A stretch of DNA of 64,000 bases from assembly GCA_964016885.1 (NCBI GenBank), contig OZ024756.1, positions 17,360,001 through 17,424,000 of the forward strand. Reading direction: 5' to 3'. The notes beneath the pieces are model-generated. The model was given only the letters and a program-made list of their open reading frames with translations. It did no database searches and was not told where the DNA came from. Origin of the DNA: Eledone cirrhosa (taxonomy: Eukaryota). A program made the position numbers and the translations under genes. This document shows, piece by piece, positions 1 through 13,080 of the stretch (position 1 is its first letter; each line of letters begins with the position of its first letter).

Positions 1-51
1 ACTCAGAATGGCAAGGGCCGTAACTCTATGCGTCAAATCAATAATAATAAT

Positions 52-300
52 ATCCCAAATCCCAGGAAACCCGCGTATAGAAGAAATACAAAAGATAGTA
101 CTAATGGGAACTGCCCATACACTAAGGAAGAATCTGTCAATATAAGTACATCACAAGTCTAAACACCTAAAGATGAACGTGTATGTATGTGTGTTCTTTC
201 TTGAACATGGCGGACCTTGTTGTCTCTTGAGGTCACTGGTTGTGACTTGATGATAACTCGTATGAACATAAAGCAAGATAAATGAAATAATAATAATAAT
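52..300 (+). mobile_element. 3' end of R4/Dong-clade non-LTR retrotransposon in (TAA)n
   Basis: 56-145 translates QIPGNPRIEEIQKIVLMGTAHTLRKNLSI*, the typical R4-clade C-terminus (QKxVLLGTAxILR). (TAA)n lies on both sides, the known Dong target. Confidence 0.7.
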
Positions 301-455
301 ATATGTAACTCAATCATACTTCAGATTTTACAAAAATGTGACTTCCGATCTATTTGAATCCATTCCTTGGTTAGACAAGGGAATGAAAGGTTGTCGCCGG
401 ATTCATTCCCAAATTGGTAAATTGTTGTCGGATCATTCCCTTCTTCTTCTTCTTC

Positions 456-487
<32 letters not shown>

Positions 488-612
488 TTCTTTGTTATTT
501 TATTACATCCTCTGTTTTTTGTACACGCAGAAATGCCCATTTGTACCGTCCTGTATTGTCCTGTACTGTCCTTAATGTCTACTTTATGTAAACCCTTGTG
601 GTTAATAAAGAA

Positions 613-656
<44 letters not shown>

Positions 657-657
<1 letters not shown>

Positions 658-1062
658 TCTGAGAGGATCGTGAGGGCAGAGTCCTCAAAACACTCCCTCC
701 AGCGTGCCCTGTCAGAAGCAAACGTCCCCAACTGATCCGGCTGGATCCCCAAGCGTGACTAGCCAAGCTCATGGATGTTATCCAACCATCTTGCCCGGGG
801 TCTACATCTGGGTCTCCTACATGTTGGTTTTGCCCGTAAAATCTGTCCCGTGACTATTTCCTGAAACATTCTAACCACATGTCCATAGCATCGGAACTGT
901 GATCTTTCAATTCGGAGAAGTAGTGGCTCTACATGGAGTGATTCTCTGATCTCCGAGCTACGGAGGCCCTTCGGGGGAATCCCATTTCTGCCGCATGTAT
1001 TCATAATCTTATTCTTTCGGTCATTACCCAAGATTCATGACCAAAGGTAAGGGTTGGCACGA
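657..1062 (-). mobile_element. RTE-clade (Expander/Rex3-like) LINE 3' fragment
   Basis: SSEIRESLHVEPLLLRIERSQFRCYGHVVRM...RPRARWLDNIHELG. Same family at 4050-4255(-), 10435-10695(+), 10790-11182(+), 11780-11940(+), 49560-51232(+). Confidence 0.85.
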
Positions 1063-1312
1063 AAACCGAATTGAAGGCAAATTGGTAAATTGTCGCCGGA
1101 TTAATTCCCAAATTGGTAAATTGCAAGAGGAGGATAGGAGAACAACGGATGTGAGTTTGCTCACCCTAGAAGATGCACATACAACATGGCTGGGAACCAC
1201 ACAAAACAAAGAATTTCTGTGAAGATCTTCATTTCATGAAATATAATAATTCCTTTTTTAATTTGCATATTTTCTGAAATGTTTCATTCCTGAGATGATC
1301 TAAAGTCCCTTT

Positions 1313-3068
1313 TAGGGGTTCTCAAAATGGGCGCTACTGCCTCCCCGGGGCGTTGAGAAGGTCCATAGGCGCTGGATGGTTGGTAGATACGATATAATCT
1401 ATATTTCTAAAACAGAGAATGTCTGCCTGTCTGTCTGTCTGACTCCCTAAAACTCGAGAACTACCCAACCGATTGTTTTCAAACTTTACACATGTAATAC
1501 TTGTGGTCCTGTGAGTGTTTTGAGCAAAAATGTTTTCAAATTTTCAATGCCCTAGGGACCGCATTAGGCGATCTTTCTCTATAATTCTTAGTCTTTCTTT
1601 TTAGATAGATACATAGATATAACGTTGCGCCCTTATAATATCTGTCTGTATGTTTGGCTGTCTGCATTACGACATTATTACGCTATATATGTGTGTATGT
1701 GTGTATATGTATATATAATGTGTGTGTATATATATATATATATATAGTGTGTAACGTTTTTCGAAATATTTACTTCTGCGTTCACAGATTGATTTTTTTA
1801 GTTTCAGAAGATCCCGTTAAGGGTGAAAGCAACGATTCTTTGCTTAAACTTTAATCTGTTATTTTAATATATATATATATATATATAATTATATATTCGT
1901 GTACATATATTTTTGCATACACAATAACAAAATATAAACAAAAGTATTTATTTCACGAGGCTCGATAAAGATAAATATATATCAAATATATAAGAACCCT
2001 AGAGCAAATCCCGAGCAACGCCGTGCCATTCTGCTAGTCTATATATCTAAAACCGATTTTTTCAAACTTTACACATGCAATACTTATGGTCGTGTGGGTG
2101 TTTTGAGCAAATAATATTTTAAATTTTCAATGCCCTAGGGACTGCATTAGGCGAAAAACCGCATATTTTAGTCTTTAAATGCTTTTTTTTAAAGCATAAC
2201 GGAACAATAATCCAGGCGATTTCTTCAAAATTAGCATTACTTATGTCGTTTAAAGTGTTTTGAGTAAAAAAGATTTTCTCATTTTTTGCCTCAGGGACCG
2301 CATTAGGCGAAAAACCGATTTTTGGAAGCATTTGGTTGCGTTAGGGCCTGTAACTCGAGAAGTACCCAACCGATTTTTAAAAACCTTTGCATATGCATTA
2401 CTTATGTCTCGCAAATTTTTTTGACTGAAAAAGATTTCAAATTTTTGCGTGGGGGACCGCATTGTTTAGTATTTTGGTTGCGTTAGGACCTGTAAAAGTA
2501 TCCGTCTAAATTCCTTCATGCTCTCCACCACTGCAGTCCCACATGCTTACTGCTCTGTAACTATTGGTTTCATTGTACCATAGCACAACAAATACATGTT
2601 CGGTTTGTCAAATGCCTTTTTACTTAACCCCATCGTCTTGGTTTTCGTGGGTTGAACATTTTACTCTCAGGCACCCAATTAAGTTAAACCCCTGGTAATC
2701 TACGACGAATTTTTTTTATAAGCACAAAATGTAGACACCATCCCCAGGCATTCCGTACTTCTCTGTACTGTTTCAGAAAGGAGGGATAAACATGCCAATC
2801 TATGTTTAGAATCCCGAGCAATGCCGAGCCATTCTGCTAGTAGTATACTAAATATCAAATGATACATATTATATATAAATATAGTAAAATAAAAAAATAT
2901 GTAATATTTATTTATACATAGTATATATTATATTATTTATTATTTACAACTGCCGTGTAGGCAGGTCTCTTTGGAAATAGGGTTGGGGCGCGCGCTGAGG
3001 GTATTACGTGACCGTGATGGGGGGGGGGGGGGGGGGGGGCAGTGGCCCCAAAAGTTTGAGAACCTCTG
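1313..3068. mobile_element. hAT-type MITE interrupted by a Helitron dimer
   Basis: Termini TAGGGGTTCTCAAA and TTTGAGAACCTCTG. Related copies at ~8463-9235 and ~55192-55690. Confidence 0.7.
1398..2840 (+). mobile_element. Two head-to-tail non-autonomous Helitrons (1398-2037, 2038-2840)
   Basis: Each starts TCTATAT..CTAAAAC and ends in a CCCGAGCAAYGCCG hairpin plus CTAG. Inserted between A and T with no TSD; the empty site GATATAA|TAGTATA is seen in the MITE copy at ~8566. Confidence 0.85.
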
Positions 3069-3244
3069 ATATAAAATCTAGATAGAAACTATTGAAAGAA
3101 CAGTCTTAAGATTGTAGATCTTCGAAAACTGTAGTACCACCTCTTCTAACTCCAGATTTATTATCGATTATTTTTATATTTATGTTAGCAAGTAAACAAC
3201 TTTATCTATAGAATGAAATCGAAAACATGATCTATAATACTAAT

Positions 3245-4025
3245 AGAGTTGTCCCCCGGTATTCGCGGGGGTTTCGTTCCTAGAGCCCCTGTGAAGAGTG
3301 AACGTGGTCCATAAAAATGCCTATAAACGTCAAAATATAACGTCAAATAAAATTTAAAAAAAGGAGCGTCTTATGCGAAGCGGCGTCCAATAGGCCAGCA
3401 AATACAATATATTGTTATTAATAATTTAGCGTTCAAATCCCGCCGAGGTTAACTTTGCCTTTCATCCTTATGGGGTCGATAAAATAAAGTACCAGTAATG
3501 CACTGGGTAATTTGCTGGCCTTGTGCCTAAAGTAGAAACAATTAATAATTTAGCGTTCAAATCCCGCCGAGGTTAACTTTGCCTTTCATCCTTATGGGGT
3601 CGATAAAATAAAGTACCAGTAATGCACTGGGTAATTTGCTGGCCTTGTGCCTAAAGTAGAAACAATTAATAATTTAGCGTTCAAATCCCACCGAGGTTAA
3701 CTTTGCCTTTCATCCTTATGGGGTCGATAAAATAAAGTACCAGTAATGCACTGGTTAATTTGCTGGCCTTGTGCCTAAAGTAGAAACAATTAATAATTTA
3801 GCGTTCAAATCCCGCCGAGGTTAACTTTGCCTTTCATCCTTATGGGGTCGATAAAATAAAGTACCAGTAATGCACTGGGTAATTTGCTGGCTTTGTGCCT
3901 AAAGTAGAAACAATTAATAATTTAGCGTTAAAAAGATGTATATTGCCACGAAAAAAAGTCGTAAAAAAATCGCGGGAATATTTACGATTCCGCAAATATG
4001 CGGTGGTTTCCGCGGACAATTATTA
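3245..4025. mobile_element. Tigger/pogo-like MITE remnant hosting a SINE array
   Basis: Left end GAGTTGTCCCCCGGTATTCGCGGGGGTTTCGTTCC resembles Tigger TIRs. Degenerate right end near CCGCAAATATGCGG. Confidence 0.45.
3419..3929 (+). repeat. 4 x 124-bp tandem array of a 5'-truncated Nin-domain-like SINE
   Basis: Units start at 3419, 3543, 3667, 3791. The 15-bp TAATAATTTAGCGTT recurs a fifth time at 3915. Confidence 0.95.
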
Positions 4026-4848
4026 GTTAGATGCTTTTAAAAAATCCTGAGACATTCTAACCACATGCCCCTAATATTGGAGCTGTGATATCTCAATTCG
4101 GCGAAGTAGCTGCTCTACCTAGAGTGACTCTCTGATCTCCGAGCTACGAACTTTATCAAGTAACGTTACTCCAAAGACCCTTCGGCCACTTGTATTCGCG
4201 ATCGCATTATTTCGGTCATTTCCGAAGATTCATGACCGTAGATAAGTGTTGACAAAGACAAATGGAATATTTTCTACAGCGTCACAATGTTTTGCAGTTG
4301 CTGGAAATTGCTTCACAAATAATCTTTTATTTCATCTGTGACTCTGTCTTCCCAAATAACCTCAAAGATTCACCATGGCCGACATTGGTGGACAGTGTCT
4401 AGCTTCTTAACCACATTTTTTTCTCTCCCATCTTGGAGTTGCTTACAAAATTTTAACCACTTGAAAAGAAATTGCATGTACCGTATATTTACCAGGCTGC
4501 CTTTACGCTTATGTTATCCTAAAATTCACTCGTAAAATTTATGCATCGAAAATGTTTTCCCGGAGACAAATAATTATAGATAAGTAAAAACAGTTCAAAT
4601 GTGCTGCAAATGAAGCTTGCTAGAGGCAAGGATATATGAAAGAGACGAAGTAGATTGAGGTGAATGGACTTGTCTTTAGTTTATTACTATAGATCTATGG
4701 CTAGAAATGTGTGGGTTGTCTATTGACAAAGATTTCTACAAATCTGTGTAGGTGTTCGATATATTAACTGTTATTGTGTTGCAAATTTCACGGTGGTGGT
4801 GGTGGTGGTTAATGTGTATGTATATGTGTATGTATATACATCCCACCC

Positions 4849-4849
<1 letters not shown>

Positions 4850-4923
<74 letters not shown>

Positions 4924-4927
4924 GTAT

Positions 4928-4962
<35 letters not shown>

Positions 4963-5569
4963 GGGGGAAGGAGAGAGAGGGAGAGGGAGGGAGGAGAGGG
5001 AGGGAGGAGAGAGAGGGAGAGAGAGAGATGGATGAATGAATGGCTAAACTGAAACGATCGCTGAGATGGAGGGAGAGAGAGAGAGGAAGGGATAGAGTGA
5101 TTGGGGGTGGTGGTGGATAGAGTGATTGGGGGGGAGGGGGTAGATAGGGTGATGGGGAGGGGGAGATGGAGATATGGAGAGAGAGAGAGGAAGAGATGGA
5201 GACATGGAGAGATGGAGAGGTGAAGACAATGATGAATGTAAAGAACAATCAGTAGCGAGTATGACTGTTTAGAGTGATGTGATGATGATGATGACACACC
5301 AGCAATCGTGACTCTGAATGGGAGACACACACGCTCGTATGTATGTATGTGTGTGTGTATGTATGTATGTGTGTATGTGTGTGTGTGTGTGTGTGTGGGT
5401 GTGTGTGTGTGTATGTATGTATGTGTGTGTGTATGTATGTATGTATGTATGTGTGTATGTGTGTGTGTATGTATGGCTGTATGTGGGTGTGTATGTATGT
5501 ATGTATGTGTGTATGTGTGTATGTGTGTGTGTATGTATGGCTGTATGTGTGTGTGTATGTATGTATGTA

Positions 5570-5606
<37 letters not shown>

Positions 5607-5661
5607 ATATATGTGTGTATGTCTGTATGTGTATGTGTGTATGTGTGTGTGTGTGTATGTA

Positions 5662-5692
<31 letters not shown>

Positions 5693-5803
5693 GTGTGTAT
5701 GTATGTATGTATGTATGTATGTATGTATGTATGTATGTATGTGTGTGTGTGTGTATGTGTGTGTGTGTATGTATATGTATGTATGTATGTATGTGTATGT
5801 ATG

Positions 5804-5835
<32 letters not shown>

Positions 5836-5953
5836 TATATAACTCTCTCTCTCTCTTGCTGTCTATCTTCAATAGATCCATAGTTACCGGTGGCACAGAG
5901 AGAGAGAGAGAAAGAGAAAGCAAGAGAGTGTGTGCGTGTGAGAGAGAGAGTGG

Positions 5954-5986
<33 letters not shown>

Positions 5987-6245
5987 TGAGAGAGGGTGAG
6001 TGTGTGTGTGGGAGAGAGAGGGTGAGTGTGTGTGTGTGTGTGCGGGAGAGAGAGAGAAAGAGAGTGTGTGTGTGTGCGAGAGAGTGAGAGTCTGTGTGTG
6101 TGTGTGTGTGTGAGAGAGTGTGTGTGTATGTGAGTGTGTATATGTGTGTCTATGTGTGTGTGAGTATGTGGGTCTATGTGTGTGTATGTATGTGTGTATG
6201 TGTGTGTGTGTGTATGTATGTGTATGTGTGTATGTGTGTATGTGA
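4850..6245. repeat. Compound (TA)/(TG)/(GA)/(TATG) microsatellite region
   Basis: Direct inspection. Confidence 0.95.
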
Positions 6246-6314
6246 TACGAGGAAAGCATGACAATGATCCAATTCAATGGATATGTTGTGCGAAGAGAGT
6301 TCTTTCAGAATGGT

Positions 6315-6399
6315 GTTAGTAGTAGTAGTAGTGGTGGTGGTGGTGGTGGTGGTAGTAGTGGTGGTGGTGGTGGTGGTAGTAGTAGTGGTGGTGGTGGTG

Positions 6400-6431
<32 letters not shown>

Positions 6432-6522
6432 GGTGGTGGTGGTGGTGGTAGTAGTAGTGGTGGTGGTGGTAGTAGTAGTAGTAGTGGTGGTGGTGGTGGT
6501 AGTAGTAGTGGTGGTGGTGGTG

Positions 6523-6563
<41 letters not shown>

Positions 6564-6862
6564 GGTGGTGGTGGTGGTAGTAGTAGTGGTGGTGGTGGTG
6601 GTAGTAGTAGTAGTAGTGGTGGTGGTGGTGGTAGTAGTAGTAGTGGTGGTGGTGGTGGTGGTAGTAGTAGTGGTGGTGGTGGTGGTAGTAGTAGTGGTGG
6701 TGGTGGTGGTAGTAGTAGTAGTAGTAGTGGTAGTAGTGGTGGTGGTAGTAGTAGTAGTGGTGGTGGTGGTGGTAGTAGTAGTGGTGGTGGTGGTGGTGGT
6801 GGTAGTAGTAGTGGTGGTGGTGGTGGTGGTGGTAGTGATGGTAGTAGTAGTAGTAGTGGTGA

Positions 6863-6908
<46 letters not shown>

Positions 6909-7395
6909 GGTGGTGGTAGTAGTGGTGGTGGTGGTGGTGGTGGTAGTAGTAGTAGTGGTAGTAGTGGTGGTGGTAGTAGTAGTAGTGGTAGTGGTGGTGG
7001 TAGTAGTAGTAGTGGTAGTAGTGGTGGTGGTGGTGGTAGTAGTAGTAGTGGTAGTAGTGGTGGTGGTAGTAGTAGTAGTGGTAGTGGTGGTGGTAGTAGT
7101 AGTAGTGGTAGTAGTGGTGGTGGTGGTGGTAGTAGTAGTAGTGGTAGTAGTGGTGGTGGTAGTAGTAGTAGTGGTAGTGGTGGTGGTAGTAGTAGTAGTG
7201 GTAGTAGTGGTGGTGGTGGTGGTAGTAGTAGTAGTGGTAGTAGTGGTGGTGGTAGTAGTAGTAGTGGTAGTGGTGGTGGTAGTAGTAGTGGTAGTGGTGG
7301 TGGTAGTAGTAGTAGTGGTGATAGTAGTAGTAGTGGTAGTAGTGGTGGTGGTAGTAGTAGTAGTGGTAGTAGTGGTGGTGGTAGTAGTAGTGGTA

Positions 7396-7432
<37 letters not shown>

Positions 7433-7449
7433 TAGTGGTGGTGGTGGTG

Positions 7450-7493
<44 letters not shown>

Positions 7494-7518
7494 GGTAATA
7501 GTAATGGTTGTGGTGCTT

Positions 7519-7552
<34 letters not shown>

Positions 7553-7851
7553 AAGTGGTTGTGGTAGCGGTAGTAGTGGTAGTGGTGGTAGTAGTTGTAG
7601 TGGTAGTAGTGGTAGTAGTAGTAGTAGTGGTAGTAGTGGTGGTGGTAGTAGTAGTAGTGGTAGTGGTGGTAGTAGTTGTAGTGGTAGTGGTGGTGGTAGT
7701 AGTAGTAGTAGTGGTGGTGATAGTAATGGTTGTGGTGGTTGTAGTAGTAGTAGTAGTTGTGGTGGTAGTAGTAGAAGTGGTTGCGGTAGTAGTAGTAGTA
7801 GAAGTAGTGGTGGTGGTAGTTGTAGTAATTGTGGTGGTTGTTGTAGTGACG

Positions 7852-7895
<44 letters not shown>

Positions 7896-7944
7896 AGTGG
7901 TGATAGTAGATGTGGTGGTGGTAGTTATAGTAGTGTTGGTGGTT

Positions 7945-7987
<43 letters not shown>

Positions 7988-7990
7988 CAG
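6315..7990. repeat. (GGT/AGT)n mixed trinucleotide array
   Basis: Direct inspection; source of the poly-G/S, poly-V and poly-T ORFs. Confidence 0.97.
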
Positions 7991-8756
7991 TGTTCAAGGT
8001 GTTCAAGGTGTTCATGATGATGATGATGATGTTGATATGGTGAAGTGGGGGTGGCGGAGGATAGAAAAAATTCTAGAATATAGTATCCGTTTAAATTTTA
8101 CGTTTTAGGGCTAACACACACACATATATATATATATACACATATATATATATATATACACACACACGCTCACATGCATACATACACACTCATACAGACA
8201 CACTCACACACAAACACACATGCATACACACATACACAAACACAGACACACACACAAACACACACATACAAACACAGACACTCACACACATGCACACGTA
8301 TACACACTCACATGCATAAATACGCATATACACACACAAAGAGAAACACTCACACACAAACGTCATTTTATTCCTGAAATGACTCTATATTGTTACTCGG
8401 AGTTTTTACGTAATCCGTCAACAAAGATTCGAATCCAAATGTCTGAGGGGAACGCTCTAAGCCAGAGGTTCTCAAAGTGGGCGCTACCGCCCCCAGGGGG
8501 GCATTGTGAAGGTCGGGGTTGGGAGGGTTTTGTAGCCGAAGGAGGCGGTGGAGGGGCTTTAGAGATGATATAATAGTATATTAAATATCAAATGATACAT
8601 ATATGTAAATATAGTAAAATAAAAATATATCCAAAATTAATTTAACTAAATTAAATTAAGGGAGTCATGTCCGAGATATGCGCCATATCCATCGTAGAAT
8701 AAGCTCAAAGATTCCAATGAATAGATCCGAGCATTTTATATCAACTAGAAATTGAT

Positions 8757-8795
<39 letters not shown>

Positions 8796-9231
8796 AAATA
8801 AACACATGAAACAATCACAGGGGATAATTTGTAAAGTGTATAATCACACATAGCTAGGTAGGTAACTAATTAAAGTTTAACTAGAGCTTCAAATATTACC
8901 TTTCAAAAAATGATCTTCCTTGTATATATTTCATTAAAGAAATATATTTCACCATTAATCCGTAAAGTCACAGTAGTAAAAAATATACATTTATTTATGC
9001 ATAGTATATATTATATTATTTGTTTCTTTACAGTCTGAGGTCAAATCCCGCCGAGGTTAACTTTGCCTTTCATCTTTACGGGGTCGATAAAATAAAGTAC
9101 CAGTAATGTACTGGGTAATTGCCTAAAGTAGAAACAATTATTTATTTATATAAATTAACGATTTTATTTATTATATATTATTTACAATTTGCCTGTAGGC
9201 AGGTCTCTCTGGAAATAGGGTTGGGGGCACC

Positions 9232-9560
9232 TCTGCTCTACATGAAAGGTGTAGAAACCAAGAATGTCCAGTCTGACAGTCAACTGATATCATCTTCTCA
9301 ATTTAATGGTTGAAAAGTTGAAAATCCATCTAAGGATGTTCAGGTGATGAGAAGAAGCAGCCAAGGGAGAGAAATTCTTTAGCCCGAGGTTCAAAGGAGC
9401 CCATTGTTTGCACAATCCAGCCAAAGGGTGATGACAGGAAGGAAATGGACCGTGAAAGAAGCTGTGGAGAAAGGAGGACATTTCAAGAAATGGTAGGTGC
9501 AGTGTAGAATACTGGAGCAAGGCTGGAAAGAACACAGAACGAATGGGTATGATATGACAC
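9232..9560 (+). mobile_element. Decayed post-RT fragment of an RLE-type (HERO-like) non-LTR retrotransposon
   Basis: Frameshifted translation QPKVMTGRKWTVKEAVEK...FQEMVGAV*NTGARL resembles the RTGRKWxAxxAV...EIVGAVxxGRxGLG motif of such elements. Confidence 0.5.
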
Positions 9561-9595
9561 CAAAATATCAACGGATGGCGAGAAATATTCTATAC

Positions 9596-10101
9596 ATAAT
9601 TGTTTCTACTTTTGGCACAAGGCCAGCAATTATCCCAGTGCATTACTGGTACTTTATTTTATCGACCCCGTAAGGATGAAAGGCAAAGTTAACCTCGGCG
9701 GAATTTGAACTCAGAATGGCAAGGGCCGTAACTCTATGCTTCAAAGCATGGCGTCCGACCCTCTACCGATACTGCCAATCCACCGTCAAGAGTTTCTACT
9801 TTTGGCACAAGGCCAGCGATTACCCCAGTGCACCACTGGTACTTTATTTTATCGACCTCGTAAGGATGAAAGGCAGAGTCAACCTCGGCAGATTTGAACT
9901 CAGAACGCAAAGGGCCATAACTATGCTGCAAAACATGGTGTCTGACGCTCTACCAATAACTGCCAAACCGCCGCCCTCAATATTCAATACATAAGTGTTT
10001 CTACTTTAGGTACAAGGCCAGCAATTACTCAGTGTATTACTGGTACTTTATTTTATCGACCCCGTAAGGATGAAAAGCAAAGTCAACCTCGGCGGGATTT
10101 C
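9596..10101 (-). mobile_element. Three adjacent tRNA-derived Nin-domain-like SINE copies
   Basis: Head GGCGGTGGATTGGCAG...GAGTTCAAATCCC (A/B-box-like) and core TTTGCCTTTCATCCTTACGGGGTCGATAAAATAAAGTACCAG. Other copies at 9030-9140(+), 29457-29576(-), 40845-41029(-), 43853-44082(-), 51715-51883(-), 55330-55519(-), 56235-56540(-), 57600-57790(+). Confidence 0.85.
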
Positions 10102-10434
10102 AATACATAATGAATGTATGTATGTTATTATGTGTGTGTTGTGTGTATTGTGAGTGTGTGTGTGAAGAAAGATAGATGCAGTTCTATATTTTCATTTGTA
10201 AGACAGTAAGCATGTACCAACACATACACCAGGCCCGGAAGAAACTATCCATATTGAAATGGTGCAGTTTAGGAAGTCATTGTGCTTGGGCAGTAGGTGA
10301 GACAAGAAGAGCAAAGAAAGTTATCATGGAATAGGTTTTGGAAAATGGAACCAGTCAAGTTTCAATTTCTTCTGTGATATGTCTTCATCCCCCATCCTCA
10401 ACCCCATCCACTTATTTAGACGAGGAGGATGGAG

Positions 10435-11940
10435 TGGTACTGTGGACATGTGGTTAGAATGTCTCAGGAAAGAAATACTGGACAGATTTTACGGGTGAAA
10501 CCAACCAACAAGAGAGACAGGAGTAGACACCGAGCAAGATGTTTGGATAACACCCACGAGCTTGGCTGGTCACGTTTTGGGAATCCAGCCGGATCAGTTG
10601 GAGATGGTTGCTTCTGACAGGAGGACCCGCTAGAGGGAGTGTTTGAGGACTAAGCCTCCACGACCCTCGCAGGAATAAGTGGGCGAAGAAGAAGATATAG
10701 AAGGAGATTAGACCCCAGTATTGGACTGGTACATTTTTTTATTGCCTACGAAAGGATGACAGGAAAATTTCACCTCGTTGGGTTTTCAACTCGCGAATAC
10801 AAGTGGCCGAAATGGTATTCCTCCGAAGAGTCTTTGGAGTAACGTTACTCGATAAAGTGTGTAACTCGGAGATCAGAGAGTCACTCCAGGTAGAGCTGCT
10901 ACTTCTACGAACTGAGATATCACAGTTCCGTTACTATGGACCTGTGGTTAGAATGTCTCGGGAAAGAATCGCTGAACAGATTTTACGGGCAAAACCAACC
11001 AGCAAGAGACTCAAGGGTAGGCCATGAGCAAGATAGTTGGATAACATTGATGAGCTTGGCTGGTCACGCTTGGGGATCCAGCCGGATCAGTTGGAGACGG
11101 TTTCTTCTGACATGACCCGTTGGAAGGAGTGTTTGAGGACTCTGACCCCACGACCCTCTCGGGAATAAGTGGGCGAAGATGATTTCCACATTTACAGATC
11201 CCTCTTCTTAAATCTCATATTCCCTTTCATTGAAATTCTTGTTGGTAAGTATTCTATAGTAGGGGTTGTATTAGAGTTTGGGTTTGTTGTTGTCATTTAT
11301 CTGTTTTACATGTGTTAGTTCCAATTTATAGTCTTAATGTTTTTTGGGCTTTTTTTAAAATCATAAACTGTTGTCATATTTACAAAAATTATACGCGATG
11401 GGGCCCACCCACAGCCCCGGCGGACAGAATGGAGAAGGCGTTTCCCCCGGAGGACGGCAAGGGAGACGCGCTGGAAAAGCCACTCCATTTCACGGGGCTC
11501 ACACCTGCGGCTGGCCAAGCTCAGCGCCTATGGTGGTGAGTAAGGAGGTAGCCCTGGGACGACCGAGGACACCAGAAGTCTCCACTGCCAGGGGTACGAC
11601 CGCAAACATCAATAGTAAAAAGACCTTGCTTACTGATGAGTTTCGTGGTTTTAAAGTGTCTTAATGTTTCTATTTTTGTTATTTGTTTGTTTCTGTTTAG
11701 TCTTGAACTGATCTGGAGTTTGTTTGGGTTATTTCTTAGGTTATCGTCTGTTTTGGAGGCTGTTTTGTCAGAAGCAAGTGAGATGGTTGCTTGACAGAGG
11801 GACCCGCTGGAAGGAGTGTTTGAGGACTCTACTCCCACGACCCTCTCAGGAATAAGTGGGCGAAGAAGAAGAAGAAGAAGAAGAAGAAGAAGAAGAAGAA
11901 GAAGAAGAAGAAGAAGAAGAAGAAGAAGAAGAAGAAGAAA
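10435..11940 (+). mobile_element. Cluster of RTE LINE 3' fragments, the last with a (GAA)n tail
   Basis: Three 3' ends ...GGAATAAGTGGGCGAAGAAG. ORF 10803-11027 reads AEMVFLRRVFGVTLLDKVCNSEIRESLQVE. (GAA)n at 11862-11939. Confidence 0.85.
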
Positions 11941-12044
11941 CTTCTGTATTGTCTCCCATTTTACGAAGAGAGGGTCATACCCAGACATTTATCACTCAAT
12001 GTATGTATATATATATATTACCAGGACAGATTTATATATATATA

Positions 12045-12102
<58 letters not shown>

Positions 12103-12228
12103 CAAAGAGATATTTAATTTAATTTGTTGGTTATTCAACAAATTTATTTATAACAGAAGCGCTCTACAAATTTCTTCTGGAGTATAATATCAATGATATT
12201 AATAAATGGAAACTTATAAAACCATATT

Positions 12229-12289
12229 TATTTTATTATATATATTTCAAGGGTACCAAAATTTTGGTACGCTCTCATCAGATAAAATA
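12229..12289 (-). ncRNA. Minimal type I hammerhead ribozyme motif (Penelope-like-element type)
   Basis: Minus strand reads TATTTTAT-CTGATGA-GAGCGTACCAAAATTTTGGTACCCTT-GAAA-TATATA-TA-ATAAAATA: 8-bp stem I, intact CUGAUGA and GAAA cores, palindromic stem II, palindromic mini stem III, UA cleavage site. Confidence 0.75.
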
Positions 12290-12366
12290 TAAACGTTGTT
12301 TTATAAATAGTGACATATCTAAAAAAACAAGAACTTAAAAACAAACAATTATTATTACAAACAAAC

Positions 12367-12419
<53 letters not shown>

Positions 12420-12447
12420 AGAGGCGTACATATAATTATTACAAACA

Positions 12448-12613
<166 letters not shown>

Positions 12614-12771
12614 TGTTTGTTTGTAATAATTATATGTACGCCTCTTACAGATGCTGGTAGCTTGTGTACAACCATATAAAGTCATATCTAACTGTTTGTG
12701 TATGTGTGTATGCATATATAATATATGTTTATGAATGTATGCGTGAGTATGTGCGAGAGAGAGAGCGAGAG

Positions 12772-12811
<40 letters not shown>

Positions 12812-12946
12812 TGTGTGTGGGTGTGTGGGTGTGTGTGTGCGTGAGTGTGTGGGTGTGTGTGTGTGCGTGTGTGTATGACAATAAACGCCTACAAACTTAT
12901 GTAGACAGAATCTAGAATATTCCTGTAGTTGAAATGGTCAGTCTTG

Positions 12947-13076
<130 letters not shown>

Positions 13077-13080
13077 GCAC

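Noticed and set aside
1795-1850. CAGAAGA-TCCCGTTAAGGGT-GAAAGC inside the Helitron as a hammerhead
   Set aside because: The core reads CAGA rather than CUGA in all four copies in the window, and stem I is not evident.
6174-8108. Gly/Ser-rich 616-aa ORF (loricrin/silk-like) and overlapping poly-T and poly-V ORFs; likewise 36893-43160
   Set aside because: Each residue uses essentially one codon (GGT/AGT). This is microsatellite, not a selected coding sequence.
11630-11680. CTGATGAG as a hammerhead core; also CTGATGA (-) at ~34216 and CTGAAGA (-) at ~53840
   Set aside because: No stem II followed by GAAA and no stem I partner.
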